Part shown: in pieces, positions 55,423 through 64,000 of the stretch | Numbering within the stretch: position 1 is the stretch's first letter | How the letters are laid out: every line of letters begins with the position of its first letter | Assembly: GCA_964626055.1 (NCBI GenBank) | Contig: CAZVDF010000010.1 | Span: 5,243-69,242 of the forward strand | DNA length: 64,000 nt | Source: an uncultured Leptospirales bacterium | GTDB taxonomy: Bacteria; Spirochaetota; UBA4802; JAFGDQ01 | Reading direction: 5' to 3' | Program-made: the position numbers and the translations under genes | The notes under the pieces: generated by a model | What the model was told of the DNA's origin: nothing | Databases searched by the model: none | What the model saw: the letters and a program-made list of their open reading frames with translations, nothing else

Positions 55423-56186
55423 AAAAAATATTTTTTGCTATTATTCTTTTAATCCCGCTTGCTTTATATCCTCAGGCTAAAAACGGCATAACGGACAGAC
55501 GGGAGGAACTCTTCCACAAAGCCAATCAGTTTTATAAAGACGGCAGATTCGAGAATGCCCTTAATACTTATCTTGAGATACTCGGATCAGGCCATTCGAG
55601 CGGCGATCTTTATTACAACATGGGCAATACGTGTTACCGATTGAAAATGACAGGCCATGCCATACTTTATTATGAAAGAGCACGCGCATTTATTCCGCGC
55701 GATGCGGATCTGGACTTCAATCTCAGATACGTAAGAAAATCTGCGAGAGACGAAATTGAAGCTCCTGCCGATATTTTTTCAAGCATATTTTTCTGGACCG
55801 CATACATGACGCATAAGGAATTGTTTGCATTTTTTGCGGTTATTAATTTTTTCGCATGGGGCCTACTTGTGCTCCGGATGTATTTAAAAAAAGAGTGGAC
55901 TTATTACGTTTTAACGGTCTTATTAGCTGCGTGGTTCATTACAGGCGCCTCCTTCTCATGGAAGTATTACCTTTTCCTGAACGACGACAGGGCCGTCATT
56001 CTTTCCGAAGAAGCGGACGTGCTGTCCGGGCCGGACTCCGGGGATAAACTGCTTTTTCAGCTTCACGCAGGGGCTTTAGTGACTATCAAAGATGCTGAAG
56101 ACAAATGGAAGTTCATCAGCCTGCCGGATAAAAAAAGAGGATGGATAAAAGCAGATGCCCTTGAAAGCATAAGACCGCAGCTGTAA
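55419..56186 (+). CDS. batE: BatE-type TPR / SH3b protein
   Basis: GTGA overlap with batD. TPR repeats, TM helices and a C-terminal SH3b-like segment (KRGWIKADALE). Confidence 0.75.
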   Translation: MKKIFFAIILLIPLALYPQAKNGITDRREELFHKANQFYKDGRFENALNTYLEILGSGHSSGDLYYNMGNTCYRLKMTGHAILYYERARAFIPRDADLDFNLRYVRKSARDEIEAPADIFSSIFFWTAYMTHKELFAFFAVINFFAWGLLVLRMYLKKEWTYYVLTVLLAAWFITGASFSWKYYLFLNDDRAVILSEEADVLSGPDSGDKLLFQLHAGALVTIKDAEDKWKFISLPDKKRGWIKADALESIRPQL

Positions 56187-56267
56187 GCACGCGTCCCATA
56201 ACTTATTTTGCCAGCAAAAAAATGTCTTATTGTATATTTATTTAAAAGTTCAAGCAGAGGTTTAACT

Positions 56268-56648
56268 ATGAACGGAAACGACACTTTCCATCTTGATGAC
56301 GGCCGGAAGATACATTCGTCCGGAATATTGGGAACGAAAGGAGTACTCCTGATCCTTTCCGAAAACTTTCTCGGTAAATCCTATATAATTGATAAAAAAG
56401 TTACATTAATCGGCCGGGACGAAACCTGCGATTTAATATTAAACGACCCTCTGATAAGCAAAAAACACTGCAGGATTACGCTCACCGATGAAGGGCATTA
56501 TCATATTGAAGATCTCGATTCAACGAATTCCACATTTCTTAACGGTAAACTTTTAAAAAAGCCGGGGCATATAAGTTATGGAGACAGAATTATAATCGGC
56601 GATACGATACTCCGGTTTTTCCACCAGGAAAAATTTGAAAGCAAATAA
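56268..56648 (+). CDS. FHA-domain protein
   Basis: ORF from 56208. ATG at 56268 follows AGAGG. FHA pattern LIGRDETCDLILNDPLISKKHCRI...STNSTFLNGK. Confidence 0.8.
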   Translation: MNGNDTFHLDDGRKIHSSGILGTKGVLLILSENFLGKSYIIDKKVTLIGRDETCDLILNDPLISKKHCRITLTDEGHYHIEDLDSTNSTFLNGKLLKKPGHISYGDRIIIGDTILRFFHQEKFESK

Positions 56649-57967
56649 TGATAAAAAAATTACCAATAACTGCGATAGTAGGGAGACAGAACGTAGGCAA
56701 GTCAACCCTTTTCAACGCGCTCAGCCGTCAGAAGAAAGCTATAGTCGATTCTTTTCCAGGTTTAACAAGAGATATTCTGTCCGTTACGGTGACTCACGGT
56801 TCGGCCTCGTTCATTCTTTCGGATACTCCCGGGCTTGACATAAAAGACTCCACCGAGCTGTCGCTTGCCATACTTGCGAATGCCAGGAGCTATCTTGAAA
56901 AATCTTCTGTCATAATATTTCTTCTGGAAAATCCGAATTTAACTCCTTTCGATTTTGAGCTTTACGATCTTATTAGAAAAACCTCGATACCTGCCATAGT
57001 TGCCGTCAATAAAATGGATTCGAATGCCGACCTTGAAAATATGGCCAACTTCTACGAACTCGGCTGTGCCGATATACTGCCGGTTTCCGCCGTAAAAAAA
57101 GTAAATATTAATTTATTGCTTGATAAAATAACCGACCTTCTGCCGGAAAAAAAACAAAGTACGGAAAAGATCGACCTGAAAATAGCGATCGTCGGCAGGC
57201 CGAATTCGGGCAAGTCCACGCTGCTTAATTCTTTTATAGGCGAAACAAGATCTGTAGTATCGGACGTTCCCGGAACTACAAGGGATTCCGTAGATGAAGA
57301 TTTCATGTTTTACGGGAAAAGCATTAAAATAATCGATACCGCCGGCATGAGAAAAAAAAGCCGAATCAAAGAGGATATAGAATTTTATTCGAAAACAAGA
57401 ACCCTGGAATCCATAAAAAAATCCGATGTCGTGATCCATCTGCTGGATGCGCGCGCCGGCATTACGGACACGGATAAAAAAATATGCGATGTGATCCTGC
57501 TGGCAAATAAGCCGTGTATTATCGCGATCAACAAATGGGACCTGATCACAAAAAATACCAATACCTTTAATGATTACAGAGGAGAAATTATCTTTAAACT
57601 TTACAGATCAGAAGATTTTCCCATAATCTCGATCTCAGCCAAAGAGAAACAAAGAATACATAATCTTATTGAAACCGCTTTTGAGCTGCAGGGAAGAGCA
57701 AAAAAAAGGATAGATACATCAAAGCTGAACAGGCTCCTGGAAGAAATCCAGAACAAAAAGACAATGCCTATGCTCGGAGAAAAATTAAAGATCTATTACG
57801 CGACTCAGATCGAGACCATTCCACCGAAGTTCAAATTTTTTGTCAATAATGCCGATTTTTTCAAAAAGGATATAATAAGACATCTTCAGAAGATACTGCA
57901 AAAAGAGCTGGATATTAAAGGAGTGCCCGTGTTGATATCTGTTGAAGGCAGAAAAAAAATTAAATAA
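56648..57967 (+). CDS. der: ribosome-biogenesis GTPase Der (EngA)
   Basis: Two G domains (GRQNVGKSTLFN, GRPNSGKSTLLN) plus a KH-like C-terminus. TAATG overlap with the FHA gene. Confidence 0.93.
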   Translation: MIKKLPITAIVGRQNVGKSTLFNALSRQKKAIVDSFPGLTRDILSVTVTHGSASFILSDTPGLDIKDSTELSLAILANARSYLEKSSVIIFLLENPNLTPFDFELYDLIRKTSIPAIVAVNKMDSNADLENMANFYELGCADILPVSAVKKVNINLLLDKITDLLPEKKQSTEKIDLKIAIVGRPNSGKSTLLNSFIGETRSVVSDVPGTTRDSVDEDFMFYGKSIKIIDTAGMRKKSRIKEDIEFYSKTRTLESIKKSDVVIHLLDARAGITDTDKKICDVILLANKPCIIAINKWDLITKNTNTFNDYRGEIIFKLYRSEDFPIISISAKEKQRIHNLIETAFELQGRAKKRIDTSKLNRLLEEIQNKKTMPMLGEKLKIYYATQIETIPPKFKFFVNNADFFKKDIIRHLQKILQKELDIKGVPVLISVEGRKKIK

Positions 57968-58002
57968 TAAAGAGTTACTCGATTGCTGGATATAAATTAA
58001 AA

Positions 58003-58031
58003 CCCTCTCCAGCGCGAAGCGTGGGAGAGGG
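58003..58031 (-). terminator. putative intrinsic terminator after recR (hairpin shared with the convergent der gene)
   Basis: CCCTCTCC-N13-GGAGAGGG. On the minus strand it is followed by TTTAATTTATAT. Confidence 0.5.
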
Positions 58032-58062
58032 AGGCCGCGCTACAGCGTCGGCCGGGTGAGGG

Positions 58063-58662
58063 CTAAATCTCCACTCTGCCCTCGAGCGATTTAATAATTG
58101 TAGCGGCGTCTGCAAACTCGATGTTTGAACCCACCGGTAGCCCGTGCGCTATCCGCATAATCCTGACGCCGACAGGCCGCAGCTCCTTTGCAAGATAAAG
58201 CGCTGTAGCATCGCCCTCCATGGTCGGATTCAGAGCGATTATTGCTTCCTTTATCACGCCCTCCCTGCATCTTATAATAAAAGAACTTATGTTGAGCTCC
58301 TCGGGACCAATGCCGTCGAGAGGCGATATCACCCCTTTAAGCACATGGTAGACGCCATGATATCCGCCGCTTTTTTCAATTGTAAGGACATCTCTTGCTT
58401 CTTCAACAACGCATACCGTGCTTTTATCGCGGTTTTCGTCCGAACAGATGGAACAAACGTTCCCGTCCGAAATACCGCCGCATACTTTGCAGAAAGTGAT
58501 ATTTTCTTTAAGCGCAATAATAGCCCTGGACAGCCTTTCCACTTCCGGCATGGGCTGTTTGAGTATGTGAAAGGCAAGCCTGCCGGCGCTTTTCGGGCCT
58601 ATTCCGGGCAGCCTTGAAAATTCTTTGATCAGAGCATCTAAATACGCGGAAGGACTGCTCAT
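58063..58662 (-). CDS. recR: recombination protein RecR
   Basis: 199 aa. HhH N-terminus (LPGIGPKSAGRLAFH), C4 zinc finger and Toprim. Confidence 0.93.
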   Translation of the reverse strand: MSSPSAYLDALIKEFSRLPGIGPKSAGRLAFHILKQPMPEVERLSRAIIALKENITFCKVCGGISDGNVCSICSDENRDKSTVCVVEEARDVLTIEKSGGYHGVYHVLKGVISPLDGIGPEELNISSFIIRCREGVIKEAIIALNPTMEGDATALYLAKELRPVGVRIMRIAHGLPVGSNIEFADAATIIKSLEGRVEI

Positions 58663-58668
58663 ATCATC

Positions 58669-58995
58669 TTACTTTAAAAATTTATCCATGCCGGGGATGT
58701 TGAGCCCGCCTGTCAGCTTTTGCATCTCCTTCGCCGCGTATTCCTTGCTGAACTCGACGGCTTTATTAACGGTCGCAATAATATCCTTCTCAAGCTTTTG
58801 TTTGTTGCTCTTTTCCAGCAGTTTTTCATCAATGCTGAGGCTCACGAGGCTGAACTCGCCGTTTACCGTCGCGCTTATCAGACCGTCGGGACTGTCTGCA
58901 ATGGCTTCCGCCTTCTTTAATGCTTTCTGCACGTTCTTCAGATCTTTCTGCAGTTTAAGCATATTACCGATATCTTTTAGCATTTTTTTCTCCAT
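58669..58995 (-). CDS. ybaB: nucleoid-associated protein YbaB/EbfC
   Basis: 108 aa. Conserved position between dnaX and recR. Confidence 0.88.
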   Translation of the reverse strand: MEKKMLKDIGNMLKLQKDLKNVQKALKKAEAIADSPDGLISATVNGEFSLVSLSIDEKLLEKSNKQKLEKDIIATVNKAVEFSKEYAAKEMQKLTGGLNIPGMDKFLK

Positions 58996-59015
58996 TCAAT
59001 ATTTTAACAAATTTA

Positions 59016-59211
59016 TAAGTGATCTTAAAATAATTTTTTTAAGATAAATTGGGATACATTACAAAATTTTCTGCGGAATACCTTCCTGGTCAGTCTAATA
59101 TGTTTCCGAACGCAATTACATCAGATCTGAAAGGCGTCCTCAAAAACTTTGTAATTTATCCCAATTTATTGATGATCATTCAATATTTATAAATAATTTT
59201 GAGATAACTTC
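59016..59211 (+). repeat. family A element, copy 5 (inner hairpin 59044..59169), between dnaX and ybaB
   Basis: Termini TAAGTGATCTTAAAATAAT / AATAATTTTGAGATAACTTC. Inner stem ATAAATTGGGATACATTACAAAATTTT and its complement (one mismatch). Core has a 3-nt deletion. Confidence 0.8.
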
Positions 59212-59218
59212 AATATAT

Positions 59219-60475
59219 TTATTCAATTACTTCTCCGTGGAACAGGCTTTTAATGCTGTTTATGGCAGATTCCTCGCTGTCAGCCTGCCTCTTTTTGTCT
59301 GCCTCGTTTTCCGGAACAGATGGCTTGTTATTACCTTCTGCTTCTGAAATTTTCCGGAGTATCGATGCAAGAGAAGGATTCTTTTTAACGTTCACCATAT
59401 CCAGAAGCGCCATCTCAAGGCATATTCTTTCATTTGTCGAGAATCTCAGATTATTCTGAAGGTCTACAGCCAGCTTGAAAATAATTCCGAGTTCCTCATC
59501 GTTAAAATTACCGCCGGTTTTCTTTAAAAGCAGCATCTCGTCTTCGGAAAATCCCAGGATATCTGTTAAAATTATACCATTATTGACAAGCCTGACCGTC
59601 CTTATTATATCAATAAAGCCCGCGGCATATCTCGGGATATCGACGCCGAGCGTAACGATCCTGTCGATCTCATCTATAATTTTAACAGGTTCTATGTTAT
59701 TTATGAATGTCAATAATTTCAGATAGCTCTCGAGCGTGACGATTCCAAGGATCGAAAGCGCGTCTTCCTCGCTTATGCTTCCGTCGGAGAAGGATATCAC
59801 CTGGTCAAGCAGGGACTGCGAATCCCGCATCGATCCTTCGCCGGCGCGCGCAATCGGATGAAGCGCGCCTTTGTCTATCCTGTAACCTTCTTCGCGGACA
59901 ATTTTCTCCAGATGACCGGCGACGGCATCAACCGGGATCTTTTTAAAGAGGAATTTCTGGCATCTGGATAATATTGTTTCGGGTATGCGATGAATTTCAG
60001 TTGTTGCAAAAATAAAAACCACATGTCTTGGAGGCTCCTCAAGAGTTTTGAGAAGAGCGTTAAATGCCTCCTTTGTCAGCATATGGACTTCATCTATTAT
60101 GTAAACCTTATACCTGGCTTTTACCGGCGCAAGGTTTACATTCTCTCTCAGTTCCCTTATGTTGTCGATCCCCCTGTTGGAAGCGCCGTCGATCTCAATA
60201 ACGTCAAAAGAGTACCCTCTTCTTATCTCAACGCAGTTTTCACAGGTATCGCACGGGCTATCGGTAGGATTTTCACCGGAAAGGCAGTTCAAAGCTTTGG
60301 CGAATATCCTTGCCATAGTTGTCTTGCCGACGCCTCTCGGGCCGGAGAAGAGATAAGCCTGTGAAATTCGGCCCATCCTTATGCTGTTTCTTATTGTTTT
60401 TGAGATGTGATCCTGGAAAACAACATCTTCAAACTTCTGCGGACGCCATTTCCTGGCAATCACCTGGTATGTCAT
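59219..60475 (-). CDS. dnaX: DNA polymerase III gamma/tau subunit (short form, 418 aa)
   Basis: YQVIARKWRPQKFEDVV, Walker A GPRGVGKTT, zinc module CDTCENC, SRC motif. Confidence 0.92.
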   Translation of the reverse strand: MTYQVIARKWRPQKFEDVVFQDHISKTIRNSIRMGRISQAYLFSGPRGVGKTTMARIFAKALNCLSGENPTDSPCDTCENCVEIRRGYSFDVIEIDGASNRGIDNIRELRENVNLAPVKARYKVYIIDEVHMLTKEAFNALLKTLEEPPRHVVFIFATTEIHRIPETILSRCQKFLFKKIPVDAVAGHLEKIVREEGYRIDKGALHPIARAGEGSMRDSQSLLDQVISFSDGSISEEDALSILGIVTLESYLKLLTFINNIEPVKIIDEIDRIVTLGVDIPRYAAGFIDIIRTVRLVNNGIILTDILGFSEDEMLLLKKTGGNFNDEELGIIFKLAVDLQNNLRFSTNERICLEMALLDMVNVKKNPSLASILRKISEAEGNNKPSVPENEADKKRQADSEESAINSIKSLFHGEVIE

Positions 60476-60647
60476 TGCTTTTCCGTAAATGTACTTTTGA
60501 AATATTTGTATTTAATCTTTTTTTCTGTGTCCAGCCGTGTCCATCTGTGGTTTACTATTACGCGATGTGCGAGTTTTACAGACTTGAGAGAATGCCGCAC
60601 ATGACGTTAAATATTGTATAACTCTAATGCAGGAGCAAACGAACATT

Positions 60648-60732
60648 CGGAGAGGGAGGGATTCGAACCCTCGGTAGCTTGCGCTACACACGGTTTCCAA
60701 CCGTGCTCCTTCGGCCTCTCAGACACCTCTCC
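60648..60732 (-). tRNA. tRNA-Ser (GGA)
   Basis: Reverse complement GGAGAGG...CCTCTCC plus G. Anticodon loop TTGGAAA. Long variable arm. GTTCGAATC T-loop. Confidence 0.9.
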
Positions 60733-60789
60733 AGAATTGAACAAATTCTATTGATCCCGGATACAGCGATTTGTCAACAAACAAATATT

Positions 60790-60876
60790 CGGAGAGAGAG
60801 GGATTCGAACCCTCGGTGGGGTTGCCCCCACAACGATTTTCGAGACCGTCCCATTCGACCACTCTGGCATCTCTCC
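60790..60876 (-). tRNA. tRNA-Ser (CGA)
   Basis: Reverse complement GGAGAGA...TCTCTCC plus G. Anticodon loop CTCGAAA. Long variable arm. GTTCGAATC T-loop. Confidence 0.9.
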
Positions 60877-60940
60877 ATAAACTGTCTTGCGATTTTATCC
60901 CCGATACGGGCGTCAATGTATTGAATAAACCAGATTACAA

Positions 60941-62071
60941 TTATCCTGTTGTAAAGCCTTTTTTAATATATTTTTCCCCAAATGTTTTCAGATATTTCAC
61001 ATCTAATATAACAAGAATTACGGCAGCAATAAACAATACAACCGCGATGACAGGCACAAACAGGTACGCCCTGCCTGTAAGGCAAATTAAAAAAAACAAT
61101 ATTGAAAAAAATTCTTTTTTTGTAACGTATTTCAGCTTATGAGTAATGGACACAAGCGGATCATTGACAGGGAGTTTCTGTAAAAACTCCCTGTCATAGG
61201 CGACAAGAGAACCGGACTTGCTGTATCGCTTTAAATATCTGAGCATTGCTCCCATAGTAAGGGCGAGCCCGGCAAATACGGTTATAATCACAATCATCGA
61301 AAAAATCCCGCCCGTGTTTATTAAATACAAATAAGACAGAACGGATACAAAAAGCAGCAATGTCATATTATCGCTAAATGTATCCAGCCAGCTCCCGATT
61401 TTAGATACCTTGAACGTAAACTTGGCCACCTCGCCGTCAACCCCATCCATTACGGAAGCAGCCTGAAATAAAAATCCGCCCGCTACGGTATGCCAGTATG
61501 TATTGAACAGAAGAAGTATGCTGCTCGAAATCCCGATTATCATATTTATAAAAGTCAAATAATTCGGGTGTATCCTTGTTCTAACCAGAGCAAGACTTAT
61601 GGGGATGGAAATCTTTTTATTGATTTTTTGGGCTATATAACCGCCTGTATTTTGTATAATATGCCGTTTAAGCAGATTCACAGCTCTTTTGTATGCCAGG
61701 TCTTTTGAAAGCAAGAACTGATCCTTCTTAATAACAGGAGAAAAAACAACGCCTCTTCTTTTAAAATATTTCGATAAATCATTTAAATAATGAGCCTGCA
61801 TGAATAGATTTGATTGAATTAAAAAATACGGCTTGCCAGTCCCGGCTTTACCGCCGAATGCGATCCCGGTATTTAAATATTTTTTTAAATGCTTATATAT
61901 CGTTAAGGTATAGAAATTTTTTTCACGCTCCGAAAGGTCAAGAAAAATCTTCTTTACACCGGCCTTTATCAATATTATAATATTTCTTTCAAGAGGATAC
62001 AGCCCGCATATTTTTTTTCGGTATTCATAGCCGGCTTTTCCGCTTTTAATTATTGCAAATTCTGGCATCAT
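60941..62071 (-). CDS. CDP-alcohol phosphatidyltransferase with an extra ~150-aa N-terminal cytoplasmic domain
   Basis: 376 aa. DGVDGEVAKF...GSWLDTFSDN matches the D-G-x2-A-R...G-x3-D-x3-D family motif. Multiple TM helices. Confidence 0.75.
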   Translation of the reverse strand: MMPEFAIIKSGKAGYEYRKKICGLYPLERNIIILIKAGVKKIFLDLSEREKNFYTLTIYKHLKKYLNTGIAFGGKAGTGKPYFLIQSNLFMQAHYLNDLSKYFKRRGVVFSPVIKKDQFLLSKDLAYKRAVNLLKRHIIQNTGGYIAQKINKKISIPISLALVRTRIHPNYLTFINMIIGISSSILLLFNTYWHTVAGGFLFQAASVMDGVDGEVAKFTFKVSKIGSWLDTFSDNMTLLLFVSVLSYLYLINTGGIFSMIVIITVFAGLALTMGAMLRYLKRYSKSGSLVAYDREFLQKLPVNDPLVSITHKLKYVTKKEFFSILFFLICLTGRAYLFVPVIAVVLFIAAVILVILDVKYLKTFGEKYIKKGFTTG

Positions 62072-62392
62072 GAAAGTTTGCTCCGTTTTTCGGCCAATAA
62101 ATATATATTATGACTGTTTTGACAATAAATATATTTAAACTTTTAGAAGTGATAATAAAAAATATAGCGGCATGAATAAAATATCCGTCTTCCAAGCATT
62201 GCAGAATTTAATATTAAGATATACAATTTTACTTGACTTCGGAATATTTTACAGAATATTATAACAAATTGTACCGATAATTATATAACGGCTTAATACC
62301 GTATATAACTGAATAAGCAGGAATTTCCTTTTACGGGAAGTTACATAAATAAAGCATACGCTAATTTAACAACTATAAACAGGAGTTAAAAA

Positions 62393-63049
62393 ATGATTAA
62401 AGGAATGAGATATTATATTGCATTTTTAATAGTACTGTGTTTCCTATCATCGGCTGGCGCCCAATTTCAAACTGCCAAAAAAGAATTCAACCCTCTGTAT
62501 ATCCCGCATGATGTTGTGATGAATTTAAGCTATGACAACTTTAAAAGGATAAAGCTCCTGCACAGCGCGATCATGAATTACGGCGGAGGCAAGGAAGAAT
62601 TTGACAGGATTGTAGACACATACGCCGAGGCAAGCGCTTTATATTTCCAGAATAAAATAATAGAATCCGCGAATCTATTTACCAAGAATCAAAAAGACAT
62701 AGACGAAATCGCGGCGCGAATTGCTAAAATTTATAAAAACGATACGGACAAACTGCATACGAATATAATCAAAATGCATGTTAAATATAAAGTAAAAATG
62801 TCCATAAAGGGAGAGCGGGTTAATCCTCAATCCGAAACCGCGCTCCACAGCGCCGCCGGCGGTGTCCAGCTGGCTAACGATTATCTTGACAGATCGAAGT
62901 ACGTTGATGCGATCATTTATTTCAGAAGAGCCAAAGATAATTGTTTTCTGGTCTACAGGATACTGGAAGTTCCGTTACCCGAAGAATTTAAAAAGGACGT
63001 AGTTGACAATAAAAATCAGATTTATACATCAAAAGAGAAAAAGATATAA
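62393..63049 (+). CDS. hypothetical secreted protein
   Basis: 218 aa. AGGAG RBS and signal peptide MRYYIAFLIVLCFLSSAGA. No recognisable domain. Confidence 0.5.
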   Translation: MIKGMRYYIAFLIVLCFLSSAGAQFQTAKKEFNPLYIPHDVVMNLSYDNFKRIKLLHSAIMNYGGGKEEFDRIVDTYAEASALYFQNKIIESANLFTKNQKDIDEIAARIAKIYKNDTDKLHTNIIKMHVKYKVKMSIKGERVNPQSETALHSAAGGVQLANDYLDRSKYVDAIIYFRRAKDNCFLVYRILEVPLPEEFKKDVVDNKNQIYTSKEKKI

Positions 63050-63085
63050 TCATCCGCAGGCTGTGGATTTACCTGCACGCAGCCT

Positions 63086-63886
63086 TTATAATTGTTTTAA
63101 TTTTAATTCATTTTCCTGCAATTCTTTATCTTTTTTCAGTGCCCCCAGGGAAGAGATCCTTATATCAGTATTGGGATGCGTGAGAAAGCCGATGATCTTT
63201 TCCCGGGTTTTTTTATCCAGCAAATAGCCGTTGATTGCCTTTATTGCCGCTTTTAAAAGATCGATTTTATTATAATTCTCTTCACTATTAATAATAGCCG
63301 ACAATTCATTGTAAATTTCTTTGTTCCTGACATTAAGATTTTCAAGCGTCGCAAGTACCACATTTATACGGGGATCATTTAATGCCTGCACAATATAAGG
63401 TACAGAGATCCGCCTGATCACCATATCATTTATCATTAAAAGCCCTCTTATCGATTCTTCCCTGATCAGCCAGTCATCGCTTGCAAGTCCTTTTGCGAAG
63501 ATCAGGGCCGAAGCGGGATCACGGTATTTTGAAAGGGTTTTTATGGCAATCATCCTGACATTTTCGTTGGCTTCGAATTCAGCTATCTGACGAATACTTT
63601 TTTTTGCCTTATTTGTTTTTTTAACGGCAATACAGTTTAATGCTTCTATTTTAACAATCGGGTGGGTGTCGTTCAGTGCTTCGATCAAGAGATCTTCGGC
63701 TTCCGGGGAATCATGGGAACAGAGGCTGCTTAATGCTTCCTTTCTAATCTGCCAGTTATCGCTCCTGTAAGACCTGGAAAGAATCTGAACGGCCTTTCTT
63801 TCTTCCTCTTCCGTTATATATCTTCCGGAACATCCATGCAAAACTACAATCAAGATAACAATAATTATGGGTAGAATTTTTATCAA
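63086..63886 (-). CDS. HEAT-repeat lipoprotein
   Basis: TTG start. Lipobox VLHGCS. Repeated HEAT-like units (D..W.IR..A...L). Confidence 0.6.
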   Translation of the reverse strand: MIKILPIIIVILIVVLHGCSGRYITEEEERKAVQILSRSYRSDNWQIRKEALSSLCSHDSPEAEDLLIEALNDTHPIVKIEALNCIAVKKTNKAKKSIRQIAEFEANENVRMIAIKTLSKYRDPASALIFAKGLASDDWLIREESIRGLLMINDMVIRRISVPYIVQALNDPRINVVLATLENLNVRNKEIYNELSAIINSEENYNKIDLLKAAIKAINGYLLDKKTREKIIGFLTHPNTDIRISSLGALKKDKELQENELKLKQL

Positions 63887-64000
63887 AATTTTCTTTTCCT
63901 GAGAATATCGTCAATAATCCCCGTATCCTGTCTCCCTTTAATTACTATCCTGTTTTTATCAACGATATCGTAATAATCAAGCCATGCATCAAGAATTTCC
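63883..64000 (-). CDS. C-terminal fragment of an unidentified protein (enters from the right window edge)
   Basis: Open frame ...EILDAWLDYYDIVDKNRIVIKGRQDTGIIDDILRKRKF, with stop at 63883-63885 overlapping the next gene's TTG start. Confidence 0.35.
   Translation of the reverse strand, partial: EILDAWLDYYDIVDKNRIVIKGRQDTGIIDDILRKRKF

Noticed and set aside
8114-59211. Recurrent repeats as a CRISPR array
   Set aside because: The copies are kilobases apart, 120-290 bp long and internally palindromic. They lack regular short spacers, and there are no cas genes.
60476-60647. Expected SRP RNA (ffs) upstream of dnaX
   Set aside because: I could not find the conserved helix-8 motifs (GGAA tetraloop flanked by AGG/AGCAGC) on either strand. 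A covariance-model search is needed to be sure.
62143-62260. Possible left-half family A remnant (TTAGAAGTGATAATAAAAAAT ... CGGAATATTTTACAGAATATT)
   Set aside because: The matches are short and AT-rich and the conserved core is absent. I could not distinguish this from chance by eye.

Overview
Densely coding bacterial chromosomal segment. I saw no rRNA, CRISPR array, prophage, integrase or transposase gene. I call 59 CDS (2 partial at the window edges) and 3 tRNAs (Gly-CCC, Ser-GGA, Ser-CGA).

Gene content, left to right:
- a hemC / cobA-hemD / hemB / hemL tetrapyrrole cluster, interrupted by a lipoprotein plus membrane-ankyrin gene pair
- a small exported SOR-like cassette
- pepA, rnr, plsC
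- an acetyl-CoA/acetate node: a CoA-transferase fused to a Pat-type GNAT, an ADP-forming acetyl-CoA synthetase, and a DRTGG-only protein
- a Crp/Fnr regulator divergent from class-I hcp plus a ferredoxin-like gene
- an rpsP-KH-rimM-trmD-rplS-rnhB block followed by FliK-like, FlhB-CTD-like and HD-GYP genes
- an SbcD/YhaO-like nuclease, a membrane-anchored Rad50/YhaN-like ATPase and a helical-repeat protein
- two tandem paralogous ~1300-aa multi-PAS hybrid histidine kinases
- exbB-exbD-tonB; cysK
- a complete moxR-DUF58-orf3-batABCDE (aerotolerance-type) operon
- FHA-der; dnaX-ybaB-recR; a CDP-alcohol phosphatidyltransferase

The gene set suggests an anaerobic or microaerotolerant diderm. The lineage cannot be fixed from the sequence alone.

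The most unusual content is non-coding. Three families of structured intergenic repeats recur through the window:
- Family A is a 200-290 bp nested palindrome with copy-specific compensatory stems. It always lies on the + strand and is inserted inside three operons.
- Family B is a ~158 nt element of six hairpins. It is always co-oriented with local transcription, and its 5' end twice supplies a gene's stop codon.
- Family C is a set of short GC-rich REP-like hairpins.

None of the three matches an element I can name. All functional statements about them are inference.
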